A stretch of 64,000 nt of DNA from Pseudomonadota bacterium (GCA_034722015.1 JAYENI010000081.1:6022-70021); one strand, 5' to 3'; positions 40,171 through 50,727 are shown, numbered from the stretch's first letter. Numbers and translations: made by a program. Notes: generated by a model from the letters alone, not told the origin.

Positions 40171-41388
40171 ATGAATAGCAATCTGCGCAACTATCTCGTC
40201 GTGACCGGTGGCTACTGGGCCTTCACCGTCACTGACGGCGCGATCCGCATGCTGGTGGTGCTGTATTTCCACCAGTTGGGCTATTCACCCTTCGAGGTGG
40301 CGATGCTGTTCGTGTTCTACGAGTTCTTCGGCATCGTCACCAATCTCGTCGGTGGCTGGCTCGGGGCGCGCATCGGTTTGAACCTGACCATGCACATCGG
40401 TATGGGGTTGCAGGTCCTCGCCCTCGGTCTGCTCGCGGTGCCGGACGCCTGGCTGTCGGTACCCTGGGTGATGGCGGCGCAGGCCCTGTCGGGCATCGCC
40501 AAGGACCTGAACAAGATGTCGGCCAAGGCAAGTGTCAAGATGCTGGCCGGCGACGGCGGGGAATCGAAGCTGTTCAAATGGGTGGCCGTGCTCACCGGAT
40601 CCAAGAACGCGCTGAAGGGCGCGGGTTTCTTCGTCGGCGCCGCCCTGCTGCAGTGGATCGGCTTTCGCGCCGCCCTGGCGGTGCTGGCGGGTTTGCTGCT
40701 GGTGGTGTTGATCGTCACTGCGGTCCTGTTGCCTTCCGGACTGGGCAGGATGAAGACCAAGCCGAAGTTCACCCAGGTTTTCTCGAAGGTGCCGGCGATC
40801 AACTGGCTGTCGGCGGCGCGCTTTTTCCTGTTCGGCTCGCGCGACGTCTGGTTCGTGGTCGGCCTGCCGGTGTTCCTCTATGACGTGCTGCACTGGGAGT
40901 TCATGTGGGTCGGTGGTTTCCTGGCCCTGTGGGTGATCGGTTACGGCTTCGTGCAGGTCTCCGCGCCGAGACTCATTCGGCACAGTCACCACGGACGTGG
41001 TCCGGGCGGCGGGACGGCTCGGCTGTGGGTCTTCGTGCTGGCGTTCCTGCCGGCTGGCATCGCCCTTGGGTTGGCGCAGGGGTGGGACCCCGCGACGGTC
41101 CTGATCGTCGGCCTGGTTCTGTTCGGGATCGTCTTCGCCATCAACTCTGCGGTGCACTCCTACCTGATCCTCGCCTATTCCGATTTCGACAAGGTGTCGA
41201 TGAATGTCGGTTTCTACTACATGGCCAATGCCGGGGGGCGGCTGACCGGCACGGTCCTTTCGGGCTGGGTTTATCAAACGCACGGGCTGGAGGGTTGCCT
41301 GTGGTGGTCGGCCGGTTTCGTGCTGATGGCGGCGATTCTTTCCTTTCCGTTGCCGGAGCCGGGCGAGCCGCGGGTGTCGACGGCCTGA
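40171..41388 (+). CDS. arsJ: ArsJ-like MFS transporter (organoarsenical/1-arseno-3-phosphoglycerate efflux)
   Basis: 12-TM MFS protein immediately downstream of GAPDH, as in characterised gapdh-arsJ pairs. Confidence 0.75.
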   Translation: MNSNLRNYLVVTGGYWAFTVTDGAIRMLVVLYFHQLGYSPFEVAMLFVFYEFFGIVTNLVGGWLGARIGLNLTMHIGMGLQVLALGLLAVPDAWLSVPWVMAAQALSGIAKDLNKMSAKASVKMLAGDGGESKLFKWVAVLTGSKNALKGAGFFVGAALLQWIGFRAALAVLAGLLLVVLIVTAVLLPSGLGRMKTKPKFTQVFSKVPAINWLSAARFFLFGSRDVWFVVGLPVFLYDVLHWEFMWVGGFLALWVIGYGFVQVSAPRLIRHSHHGRGPGGGTARLWVFVLAFLPAGIALGLAQGWDPATVLIVGLVLFGIVFAINSAVHSYLILAYSDFDKVSMNVGFYYMANAGGRLTGTVLSGWVYQTHGLEGCLWWSAGFVLMAAILSFPLPEPGEPRVSTA

Positions 41389-41507
41389 GCCGGAATCTCC
41401 GCGTCCCAGGGGGAGCGGACCCGCCGCCGGTCCGGTTCGCTTCAGGTGGAATCCTGGTGCGTCGGGATTTGCCACCGCGGACTGGCCCGTGCCGCCCGGA
41501 TCCGTGT

Positions 41508-43214
41508 TCAGTTCGATTCGGGGGGGATGTAGAGAATTCGCCGGTTGAAATGCCGGTCACCGTGATAGCTCGCGGTAATGTCCCCGTCTTCCAGGTCGAT
41601 GTCGGCGAAGAATTCCGCGTCACTTCGCCAGTCTGGCGAGAGGTAGATTTGCCGGGTGGAAGGGGTCCATCCGTGTTGAAAGTAGCCGATATCCCGGACG
41701 CTCGTTACGGATCCCTCGATCCGTTCAGCCGTCCTTGCGTCCATCGCGTACCAACCCGCCGGACCGACGTAGTAGTTCACGCCGTCTTCGTGTTGTCCGG
41801 AAATGCCGGTCTCGAACGATTTGTCGTCCGTGCCGATGAAGTCCTTGAAGAGATCGTCTTCACGCAACGTGGTGGTGAGCGAGATCGTTCGGCTGGCCGC
41901 CTTGGAGGGGTCGTAGTCGGCGTAATACACGATCTGGTATCTGAGCCGGTTCTCCTCCCCCGGGGGCGTATTCTCGTTGAAAAACGGGCGGTCCGGGGTG
42001 ATCGCCCGGTTCCCCGTCACGTTGCTAGAGACGTTGACCGGTTTGACGTAGGCTCTTGTCGTCCAGGATGCGGGAATTCCCAGTCCCAGGCGGGGGTCGT
42101 CCGCCAGGACGGTGACGGGGATGCGATGCTCGTTGACCGATACCTCCGCGTCGCCCGTGGACCAGGAAGCCATCAGGTTCTTGGGGATGGTTGCGGTCAC
42201 CTCGCCTGAGTTCCCGTATTGCGCATCGATCGCCACGTGATCGAAGCGGGACGGATCCGGGTTCATGACCGATTCGTCCAGAACGGGAAACTCTATCGTG
42301 ATCGTTCTTCCGTCGGCGACGATCAGTCCGTACGCGCCGATGCTTCCACCTCCATTGCGGGACAGGATCGTCGTAGCGCTGATCCTCTTCCAGATCTGCT
42401 CGGTAACCAGTTCGACGATGTCGCCCGCATGGTTGCGGATCGTGAACATCAGCCGGGTGGCGTCTTCGATGTCTGCCCGATACGCATCGATTGAAGGGTG
42501 GGGCGACGATCCGGTTACGAACAGATCGACCGGCCGGTACCTAAGGTCATCGTCCTGGCGGTTGTATCCGGCATAGATCGCCGCCACGGGACCGGACAGC
42601 ATCGCATCCCAGGGAGGGATCAATCGAGAGGCGTCCCTGGACGGCACGAAGGAGAGTACATCGTCGTAGTCGACGCTGCCGTCGCGATTGATATCGCCGA
42701 CCAGGGATTCCGACAGCGCGTCCAGTCTGCGGGCCAGTTCCCCGGGCGAGTATCGGGCGGGGTCGCCGATCGCGAAACCGGCGTAGTCGCTCACCGGGGT
42801 AACCATGACCGATCCCGCCTGCAACCGTCCCGCCGTCGCCAGGGCCTGGAAATATCCGTGGTTTCTCTCCGCCGAACCGGCATCGGTCCCTTGATCGACG
42901 CCCCCCGAGACCCGGACCTTCACCCATTCGTCCGGAGCAAGGGCGTCGAGTGGGAGTTCGAAGCGTCCGGCTTCTTCCGGACCGGCGTCGCCGCGCGAAT
43001 AGACAGGCCCGGCGATCGGGGCGCCGGAGATGGAGTAGGCCGTGATCTCCGCGCCGGTCAGGGCGGAGCGCAGAAATGCCTGGTTGGAAGGGGTGGCGGA
43101 ATCGTTCCCGGGGGGCTCGCTGACGGACGAGACCTCCCCACTATCACCGCCGCTGCAGGAAACCAGCAGAGCCGCTGCGAGCAATAAAAGAGCAAACTTC
43201 CTGAGGTACATCAT
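41508..43214 (-). CDS. Lipoprotein with dockerin/EF-hand-like Ca-binding motif, hypothetical
   Basis: Start at MMYLRKFALLLLAAALLVSCSGG (lipobox) rather than the 761-aa extended ORF. DINRDGSVDYDDV motif. Confidence 0.55.
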   Translation of the reverse strand: MMYLRKFALLLLAAALLVSCSGGDSGEVSSVSEPPGNDSATPSNQAFLRSALTGAEITAYSISGAPIAGPVYSRGDAGPEEAGRFELPLDALAPDEWVKVRVSGGVDQGTDAGSAERNHGYFQALATAGRLQAGSVMVTPVSDYAGFAIGDPARYSPGELARRLDALSESLVGDINRDGSVDYDDVLSFVPSRDASRLIPPWDAMLSGPVAAIYAGYNRQDDDLRYRPVDLFVTGSSPHPSIDAYRADIEDATRLMFTIRNHAGDIVELVTEQIWKRISATTILSRNGGGSIGAYGLIVADGRTITIEFPVLDESVMNPDPSRFDHVAIDAQYGNSGEVTATIPKNLMASWSTGDAEVSVNEHRIPVTVLADDPRLGLGIPASWTTRAYVKPVNVSSNVTGNRAITPDRPFFNENTPPGEENRLRYQIVYYADYDPSKAASRTISLTTTLREDDLFKDFIGTDDKSFETGISGQHEDGVNYYVGPAGWYAMDARTAERIEGSVTSVRDIGYFQHGWTPSTRQIYLSPDWRSDAEFFADIDLEDGDITASYHGDRHFNRRILYIPPESN

Positions 43215-43658
43215 GGTCTGTGCGCGGCATGCGCTAACGCATCCGGGGAACTCCGGTTCCCGTGGAGGCAGTCCTGGAACGATCCGTTCGATCCTCACGA
43301 CGACCACGAATCCGCAGGAAGACTTCAAGGGAAATCCCGCCGCTTCCAGGAACAGTATGACACCGGAGATTCCCAGTGGAAAGACGGGAACCGGAGTTGC
43401 GGGAAACCGGTCGCAAAACCGTCGACTCCCGTCCGGCTTCCTTCTGGGAATCGGTTGGTCCGTTGCCCCGGTGCCGTCGTTTCCGTAGCCGGCCCCGTCG
43501 ATATGGGTGAGATGGTGGCTCACCTCATGAGCCAGGGGGTGGTGTAGGATTGTGCCTGGAATCATCGCGCCCACGGGACCCCGGAAGCGGGGAGAAATGG
43601 GGGGGAAATGGGGTCTGGTCTTTCTCCGCGCGCCAGTCACGGAGCAAGACCAGACCCC

Positions 43659-44123
43659 ATGATTCCCGTCACGGATGTGATCGTGCTGGTCCAGCCAATC
43701 GGTGGGTTGCAGCGGGTGTTTATTGGTGTGCTTCGGGGATTCTCGGCCCTGATGGCAGTGTTCCTGGCGCTCAGGTGTGGCTATGAGACACAAAGCAGCG
43801 CCGTTGATCTCCAGGGATGGGTCGAGGGGTGGATGATCTTACCCTTTGCGGTTGTGGCGTTCTTCGGTGCGCGCTTGCCGCGTAGCGCTGCCGCATTGAT
43901 TGTGGCAGCCACACTTTGGGTCGAGTGGGCGTTCGTTATCACCGGGCAGGAGGTTTCATTGGGAGCAATGGCGACATGGTATGGCGCTGTCCAGTCATAT
44001 CAGCCCAATCTGGCCGAGGTCGGAATACTCGTGCTCGGTATCGCCGTGGCTGCCGCCTTGTTTCAGTTGGGACGACAGATCTGGCTGAGCCCTTCGGGGC
44101 ATGCCGAAAACGAACCAATGTAG
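43659..44123 (+). CDS. Hypothetical membrane protein (4 TM)
   Basis: Hydrophobic segments VFIGVLRGFSALMAVFLAL, ILPFAVVAFFGA, ALIVAATLWVEWAFVI and VGILVLGIAVAAALF. Overlaps the unlikely 5' extension of the minus-strand lipoprotein ORF. Confidence 0.4.
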   Translation: MIPVTDVIVLVQPIGGLQRVFIGVLRGFSALMAVFLALRCGYETQSSAVDLQGWVEGWMILPFAVVAFFGARLPRSAAALIVAATLWVEWAFVITGQEVSLGAMATWYGAVQSYQPNLAEVGILVLGIAVAAALFQLGRQIWLSPSGHAENEPM

Positions 44124-44572
44124 CGACCGAGAAGCGGCCTCAGGGCCGCTTCTCGGTTCTGATCGTGCCTGTTGCCCTGAACGAGCGGACGATAACGCCC
44201 CAATTTTCATACTGAAAGCGATATGCTCGCCGAAACGGCGAAGAGAGACTGACGACTTTCTGTGCTGGAGAACAGAGCGCACATTTGATTCTACCCTTTC
44301 AGCCTTCCCGGCCTGGCGGGTCCAGTCAAGTCGATTACCGGTCCATCGCCGGGTGCATCACATGCACGGACCGTCACGTCTCCTCGCACCTTGATGATCC
44401 GGGACAATGCCCCCACATGTTTCCTGATAGTTAAAATTCTTGCTGGACAACGTGAGATGATCGGCCTTTTTGCGGACTCCGATGCTCTGAATACATATTG
44501 CACCGCGATTTGGTCATTCGGCTGATAGGAAGCAACGGCACAGTCCAGATATTCGGTTATCGAGGGTCAAAC

Positions 44573-45007
44573 ATGAGTGAATCCTTGCACATCGTCTGTC
44601 CGCACTGCGATGCGGTCAACCGTATCCCCTCCGCGCGTCTGGGCCAGGCGCCGAAGTGCGGCAAGTGTCACCGGTCGTTGTTCGAGGGACATCCGGTCGA
44701 ACTGACCGGCGCCAATTTCCAGAAACACGTTGCCCGCGGCGACATTCCCGTGCTGGTGGACTTCTGGGCGCCCTGGTGCGGTCCCTGCAAGATGATGGCG
44801 CCGGCTTACGAGCAGGTGGCCCAGCAGCTCGAACCGAGGGTGCGGGTCGCCAAGGTCAATACCGATGCCGAGCAGATGCTTGGCACCCAGTTCCAGATCC
44901 GCAGCATCCCGACCATGGCGCTGTTCAAGGGTGGCCGCGAGGTCGCCCGCCAGGCGGGGGCGATGGGTGCCGGGGACATCATGCGCTGGGTACAGGCGCA
45001 TCTGTAA
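44573..45007 (+). CDS. trxC: Thioredoxin 2 (N-terminal Zn-finger CxxC-x-CxxC plus WCGPC active site)
   Basis: CPHCDAVNRIP...CGKCH followed by DFWAPWCGPCKMMAP. Confidence 0.9.
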   Translation: MSESLHIVCPHCDAVNRIPSARLGQAPKCGKCHRSLFEGHPVELTGANFQKHVARGDIPVLVDFWAPWCGPCKMMAPAYEQVAQQLEPRVRVAKVNTDAEQMLGTQFQIRSIPTMALFKGGREVARQAGAMGAGDIMRWVQAHL

Positions 45008-45287
45008 TTTTTTTAGCCGGTTGTCACCTTAAATTTCATTTTCGGTTGCTACGGGAGCCGTTCCTTCAATTACAGTACGCTGAACGTCAAGGCGAGCGGG
45101 CCAAGTCTGCCCGAAGATTCGTTCTGTAGGTTCTCCGGTACCCGTTTGTTGTGAGGCTGGGTTCGCGCGTATCCTGGCCGAATATGGCATAGGAAATCTC
45201 CGAAGGGATTCCGGCCATGGAATTTCCGTGAGGCCGGACAGCGATCCGCCGCATACCCACACCCACGCGCATTTGGTGAAAAGACCC

Positions 45288-45680
45288 ATGAAACAGGTCG
45301 TTTGCGCCGCAATAGGGGATTCCCCCGGGCGGGTTCTGATGGCCCGCCGGGCGACGGGGGAACACCTTGAAGGATTTTGGGAACTCCCGGGCGGTAAGGT
45401 AGAGCCCGGTGAGACTCTTGCCTCGGCCCTCGAAAGGGAACTGGAAGAAGAGCTGGGGCTGCGTGCAGTGGCAGGCGCCGAGATCGCCCGTACGATTCAT
45501 CACTACGAACGCGGTAGTATCGAGTTGATCGCCCTGGCGACCACGGTGGCGAACAAAGTCGGGGCATTGCTCGTGCATGATGCGGTAACCTGGGTGAGCG
45601 CGGGAGAGGCCCGCCTCCTGCAGATCGCCCCTGCGGACGTTCCCCTCATCAACGTGGTCCTGCAGGGCATGCGCGCATGA
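45288..45680 (+). CDS. NUDIX hydrolase (MutT-like)
   Basis: Nudix box GFWELPGGKVEPGETLASALERELEEELGL. Confidence 0.8.
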   Translation: MKQVVCAAIGDSPGRVLMARRATGEHLEGFWELPGGKVEPGETLASALERELEEELGLRAVAGAEIARTIHHYERGSIELIALATTVANKVGALLVHDAVTWVSAGEARLLQIAPADVPLINVVLQGMRA

Positions 45681-47238
45681 GCGAGGAGTCCGGGGTCGGA
45701 TTCGGACTTCACGAACGGCTCTCGACGCCCACCCTGCGGGAGAAGCTGAGAGAACTCGGGCTGGAGGAGCTCGCGCGCTGGCGCGACAAACTATCGGTCG
45801 AGGATCTCGAACCCGCCGTCGCCGCGCATCTCGGCCGACTGTTCACACGCCTTTCCCTTGCCCTGCGAGAGAAGGACCACGATCAGTGGGGGCACGCGCT
45901 TGGGCAGTTTGCCGGGGCGTTGCAGTCCGCGGGCAATCCATTCGAAGGCCTGGCAGGAGAGGTTCCCGTGCCACCCTTCGAGCAACTGCTCGAGGTTGTG
46001 ACGCGAGAGGCCGGTGTCCTTGGAAAATCCAGAAGCATTCGCCCGGATGTGCCGCTGGGAGTTTCCGCCTTGCTCACAGGGGCCGGGAGAACCCCAAGCC
46101 TGATCAGTCAGATTCAAAAGGAACTGGCGAGTACGGACCGGGCCGACTGGCTCGTGAACGGCTCGACAGGGAGCAGTTCGATTACGTCGTGCTGGACGAG
46201 GCGCACCACGCGGCGGCGGCAAGCTATCGGGCCATCCTGGAACATGTCCGCCCGCGGGTCCTGCTCGGCCTGACGGCCACGCCCGAGCGGACCGACGGCC
46301 GTGATATCCGCGAGGACTTCGGTGGTCGCTATACCCACGAAATTCGCCTGCCGGATGCCGTCGAGCGGCGTCTGCTCGCCCCGTTTCACTACTTCGGGGT
46401 ATCCGATCACGACTCGATCGATCTCGCGCATCTCCACTGGCAGCGCGGCGGATACAGTCAGGCCGAGCTGGACCGGGTATTCGGCGCGAACGAGGTGCGG
46501 GCGAAGTGGGTGTACCGTCAGGTACTGGAGACTGTGGCCGATCCGGGACGCATCCGCGGGATTGGATTCTGCGTCAGCCAGGAGCATGCCCGGTTCATGG
46601 CGCGGATATTCTCGGAATGGGACCTCCCGTCCGAGGCCCTCACGGCCAACAGCGGCAAGGACCGGCGCAGGGAAGCCCAGAGGGATCTCGTGCAACGCCG
46701 GATCCGTTTTATCTTTACCGTCGATCTCTACAACGAAGGGGTCGATATTCCCGAGGTGGACACCGTTCTCCTGCTGCGCCCCACGGAGAGCCTCACGGTC
46801 TATCTGCAGCAGATCGGTCGGGGTCTGCGGCTCCACGAGGAAAAGCCCCATCTGACGATCCTCGATTTCATCGCGCCCCAGCATCGCCAGTTCCGGTTTG
46901 CGGATCGCTACCGCGCGCTGAGCAGTGAGCCAGCGGCCCGCATAGACCGGCAGGTCGAGGACGGCTTCCCCTGGCTGCCGAGCGGTTGCCTGATCGATCT
47001 GGATCCCGTCGCCAGAGAAAGGGGGCTGGAGAACATTCGCGGCAATCTGGATATGCGCAGGGACAAGGTTGTCGAGAATCTTGCGCAATGTCGCCAGCAT
47101 CTCGGGCGCCGCCCCGGTCTCGAAGAGATGCTGGACTGGCTGCATTTCGACACCTCGAACACCCGATGCCCGCCCGGATTTTCAGGATCAGTCACCGCGA
47201 GGCCGCGTGAGCGGGGCGACGAGCGCTGGTCGATTTAA
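45677..47238 (+). pseudogene. SF2 (DEAH-box, type III restriction Res-like) helicase, frameshifted and lacking motif I/PLD domain
   Basis: Frame shift near 46140-46160 between ORF 45677-46273 and ORF 45886-47238. Downstream frame carries VVLDEAHHAA (II), LGLTATP (III) and QQIGRGLR (VI). Paralog of the intact PLD-helicase at 63089. Confidence 0.55.
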
Positions 47239-47315
47239 CCCGGTTATCGAACAACGGACGGCGCATAGGGCAGATTCGACCGCTTCGCCGCAAGGAATAC
47301 CGCGTGGATGACTTA

Positions 47316-47472
47316 GGCGATCGCCGGAAAATGACATACTGGATCGCGTCGGATTATCGTTCGTCATCAAGGCGCGACGACAGGCGCATCGTCGAACGAT
47401 GTAGCGGTTGTCGCAACACAGAGGACGGACGAAAAGACGAGCAGGATGGTATGTCATTTGACAGAAATCGCC
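47316..47472. repeat. MITE-like element copy 7, flanked by direct CTTAG
   Basis: cttag|gcgatcgccggaaaatgacatact ... atttgacagaaatcgc|cttag. A further short terminal fragment (ggaaatcgcctaagg) lies at ~47975-47990. Confidence 0.85.
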
Positions 47473-47521
47473 TTAGACTGGATTTAGGAATCACAAGGGG
47501 CAGCACACTACGACGCGTGCC

Positions 47522-47950
47522 ATGACGATAGACAGAAAGGCGCTTCGACATTCACTGCGCAAGACCGCCGACGCCTTCCTTCGACTACTGCCGCTTCTGG
47601 TCGGCGTACTGTTGCTGGCCGGACTACTGGTGCAACTCGTACCCTGGCTGTTCCGGGCTGGGTTGTTCGGGCACGGTACGGCCGTAGATACGTGGGTCGC
47701 CGCCGTTATCGGGAGCGTCTCTACCGGTCCGCCGTTCACCGGTTACGTGCTGGGTGGCGAGCTTGTGTTGGGGGGGATCGCCCTGGTGACCGTCACGGCC
47801 TTCATCACCGCCTGGACAACGGTGGGTGTCGTTCAGCTTCCCGCGGAAGCCGGGATGCTTGGCTGGCGTTTCGCCCTCTGGCGAAATCTGATCGCCTTCC
47901 TGTTCTGCGTCCCGATCGCGTGGCTCACCGTGGTGACGCTGCGTGTCTGA
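47522..47950 (+). CDS. Putative permease, N-terminal half (DUF318/YraQ-like), split gene
   Basis: 4 TM segments, Gly-rich; followed by a second 4-TM half-gene. Confidence 0.4.
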   Translation: MTIDRKALRHSLRKTADAFLRLLPLLVGVLLLAGLLVQLVPWLFRAGLFGHGTAVDTWVAAVIGSVSTGPPFTGYVLGGELVLGGIALVTVTAFITAWTTVGVVQLPAEAGMLGWRFALWRNLIAFLFCVPIAWLTVVTLRV

Positions 47951-48001
47951 CAAGAAGGCCAGACCAGGAAATCGCCTAAGGCAGGGTTCGGCTGGTGGTT
48001 T

Positions 48002-48472
48002 TTGCTTGGTGTCGGAGCCCTCTATGCGATCGTTGCGATGGTTGACGGCGCGACCGCGCTGCGTGGGCTTCAGTATTCCCTGAAAGCGGGAGCGAAAATG
48101 TTGCCCGCCCTGCTGCTGGTCTTTCTCGTCATCTGGGCCTTTCATCTGGCGCGCGATGCGAAGGGCAGGCTGGTCAAGCTGGCGGGGCGAGGCAGCGGCA
48201 CGAAGGGCTGGATGATTGCGGTCACCACCGGGATCCTTTCCCACGGACCGGTCTATCCCTGGTATGCCCTTTTGAGGGAACTGCGCCAGCAGGGGGTCCG
48301 TCCGGCACTGATCGCCGCCTTTCTCTATGCCCGATCCATCAAACTGCCATGGTTGCCGTTGATGGCTTACTACTTTGGCCTTGCATACATGGTGACCCTG
48401 ACCGTCTACATCGCCGTGTTCTCGGTCCTCAACGGCTGGCTGGTGGAGAAACTGGCGCCGGGTGACGACTGA
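48002..48472 (+). CDS. Putative permease, C-terminal half (DUF318/YraQ-like)
   Basis: 4-5 TM segments. Separated from the first half by a MITE terminal fragment. Confidence 0.4.
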   Translation: MLGVGALYAIVAMVDGATALRGLQYSLKAGAKMLPALLLVFLVIWAFHLARDAKGRLVKLAGRGSGTKGWMIAVTTGILSHGPVYPWYALLRELRQQGVRPALIAAFLYARSIKLPWLPLMAYYFGLAYMVTLTVYIAVFSVLNGWLVEKLAPGDD

Positions 48473-48747
48473 TCCCGGCGTGCCCTCAGGTTCTTTCCTG
48501 GCGAGTGACCATCCGGCGATTCGCGGATGCGAATGCCGCAATATCTTACCTTCTCACCGGGAACCTTCCTTATGGGGTCCACCTTATGCAAGCCCTGTTG
48601 TCCTGATGCCGACTGGGCCTTGCATCGAAGCCGGCGTCCCCCTCGCTTCAAATCAGAGTAAAATTGACATAAATCAATATGCGGAATCCCATCATATGTT
48701 CTAAACAGTCTATAGTTTTTAAATATAAAACATGAGGGGAGGGAATC

Positions 48748-50031
48748 ATGCTGCTCAGAGGCAAATCTTTCATTGTGATCTTTGCAGCGCTGATAGCGGC
48801 GGGCTGCGCCGGCGAGCGGCAAGGCGTCGACGTAAACCAGATCCTCTCCAGTCCCAAGGAGTATGTAGGCTCCGAGACGTGTATGACCTGCCACCTGGAG
48901 CATCATGACGCGTGGAAGAAGACGCTGCACAGCCGCATGATCCAGGACGTGCGGGCCAACGAGGATGCAATCATCCCCGTCTTCGACGAGGCGGCGATCC
49001 GGGAAGATCTGAAGAATCTCGACAAGAAGCTGAAGGTGCCAGCTGAAGAAATCTACATTCCGAAGAAAGAGGACATCCTCTACACCATCGGCAGCCAGTG
49101 GAAACAGCGTTATCTGATCGAGAAAGAGGGCGATCTCTTCATTTCCCCCGTCCAGTACAACATCGATACGGGCCGCTGGGTCAACTATCACGAGCATGAC
49201 TGGGACAAGCGGCCCTGGTTGAAGAAATGCGGGGGCTGCCACGCGACAGGCGTCGATCTCGAGCAGAAGACGTTTATGGAGCCCGGCGTCGGATGCGAGA
49301 GTTGTCATGGCAAGGGCTCATGGCATGCGGCGTTACCCAAGGCCGAGACCTACAAAAAGCGCGAAACGATTGTGAATCCCGAGAAGTTGACGATGGGGGT
49401 ATCGGTCCAGATCTGCGGATCCTGCCACAACCGCGGTAAGTCGACCCACGTCAAGGGTGCCGGCTGGCCGGTAGGGTACGAGCCGGGCAAGTCGCTGGAG
49501 GCCTATTACCAATCCACGTCTTTCGAGGCCGGCGACGTCAAGCACGTCTATGCCAACGAGTTTTCCAAGGGTCACCACCAGCAGTATATCGACTGGAAAC
49601 AGTCCAAGCACTCCAGGGAAGGTGTGACCTGCAACTCCTGTCATTACTCGCACGAACTGGGCCAGGGAGCAACCCGTTCCCAGACCGCTACCAAGGGATC
49701 CAAGGTCTGCTTCGAGTGTCACGAGCAGGTCAACAGGGAGGGGCCCCACTCGATACATTCGTTCGCCAATTGCGTTGGCTGCCATATGCCCAGGATCGCC
49801 AAGAGCGCGGAGTCGGGTGACATCCACAGTCACGTGTTCGTGACCCTGCTACCCAGGGACACCCTGGAGAATCCCGACCTGCCCAACTCCTGCGAGACCT
49901 GCCACGAGCACAAGGACCAGGACCTGAAGGAGCTGCAGGAGCGCTACGACGCACTCACAAAGCGTTCGTATCCCGAAGGGATGGAAAAGGCGGATTCCGG
50001 GGAGTCGGAGCAAAAGCCGGAGGAGGGGTAG
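48748..50031 (+). CDS. Octaheme c-type cytochrome lipoprotein
   Basis: Lipobox IAAGCAG. Eight CxxCH motifs: CMTCH, CGGCH, CESCH, CGSCH, CNSCH, CFECH, CVGCH, CETCH. Strong RBS GAGGGGAGGG. AT-rich upstream region containing TTGACA. Confidence 0.85.
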   Translation: MLLRGKSFIVIFAALIAAGCAGERQGVDVNQILSSPKEYVGSETCMTCHLEHHDAWKKTLHSRMIQDVRANEDAIIPVFDEAAIREDLKNLDKKLKVPAEEIYIPKKEDILYTIGSQWKQRYLIEKEGDLFISPVQYNIDTGRWVNYHEHDWDKRPWLKKCGGCHATGVDLEQKTFMEPGVGCESCHGKGSWHAALPKAETYKKRETIVNPEKLTMGVSVQICGSCHNRGKSTHVKGAGWPVGYEPGKSLEAYYQSTSFEAGDVKHVYANEFSKGHHQQYIDWKQSKHSREGVTCNSCHYSHELGQGATRSQTATKGSKVCFECHEQVNREGPHSIHSFANCVGCHMPRIAKSAESGDIHSHVFVTLLPRDTLENPDLPNSCETCHEHKDQDLKELQERYDALTKRSYPEGMEKADSGESEQKPEEG

Positions 50032-50049
50032 TCAGCGGGGGAGCGGCAC

Positions 50050-50727
50050 ATGGCTCTGCATCATCGATGGCGCGCGAAGCGTGACCTGATCCGGGCCACT
50101 GTTTTGGGTGGTCTCTGTGTGGTGTTCCTGCAGGCGTTTGTCGCAACGAACGCTTTTGCGGTATCGGCCCAGTCAACGGGCGCTGAAGATGCCGGCGCGC
50201 TGATACGCCGCTACCGGGACGAGATACAGAGTTCTGATTATTTTGATCCATCCGACAACGCGATGTCGTTGCAGTTCGGTCCCAGGTCGACGGCTGCACC
50301 CGCACCGGGACCGAAAGCGGATGCTCATGCAGGCGTCAAGGGATACACGTTTCGTCGCTGCGAAAACTGCCATGAGCAGGAGGCGAACAACCTGCATACG
50401 ATCCGCGGCAACAACACCTGTCGCCAGTGCCATCGCCGGGAACCCATTGCCTCGATCGATCACTATTTCTCGATCCTGAATCCCATCCGTCGCCACGCGT
50501 ATGTCTGCGCGAAATGCCATGAGGGGTCGAGCGCGTCGTTCGCCACCTATGTCGTGCACGAACCGGTCGCGGCCAGTATCGAGACCCGGGACCAGTTCCC
50601 GTTCCTCTACTACGCTTACTGGTTCATGTTCTGGTTGCTTCTGGGCGTGCTTCTCATCTTTGTCCCCCACGGCATCGGCTGGTGGTTGCGCGAGTGGTTC
50701 GTCAAAAGGCGCCGGGAGGCCACGTGA
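50050..50727 (+). CDS. Triheme c-type cytochrome with C-terminal TM anchor
   Basis: CENCH, CRQCH, CAKCH; C-terminal LYYAYWFMFWLLLGVLLIFV. Confidence 0.75.
   Translation: MALHHRWRAKRDLIRATVLGGLCVVFLQAFVATNAFAVSAQSTGAEDAGALIRRYRDEIQSSDYFDPSDNAMSLQFGPRSTAAPAPGPKADAHAGVKGYTFRRCENCHEQEANNLHTIRGNNTCRQCHRREPIASIDHYFSILNPIRRHAYVCAKCHEGSSASFATYVVHEPVAASIETRDQFPFLYYAYWFMFWLLLGVLLIFVPHGIGWWLREWFVKRRREAT

Noticed and set aside
40285-41475. 396-aa minus-strand ORF and the 434-aa ORF at 40905-42209 (+)
   Set aside because: Both overlap ArsJ and the lipoprotein gene in the wrong frame/strand, with low-complexity Arg/Pro/Gly translations.
43215-43793. 5' extension of the lipoprotein ORF (761-aa version) containing an HEVSH (HExxH-like) motif
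   Set aside because: A canonical lipoprotein signal peptide starts at 43214 (MMYLRKFALLLLAAALLVSCS). The extension overlaps a plausible plus-strand membrane-protein ORF and has no further metalloprotease features.
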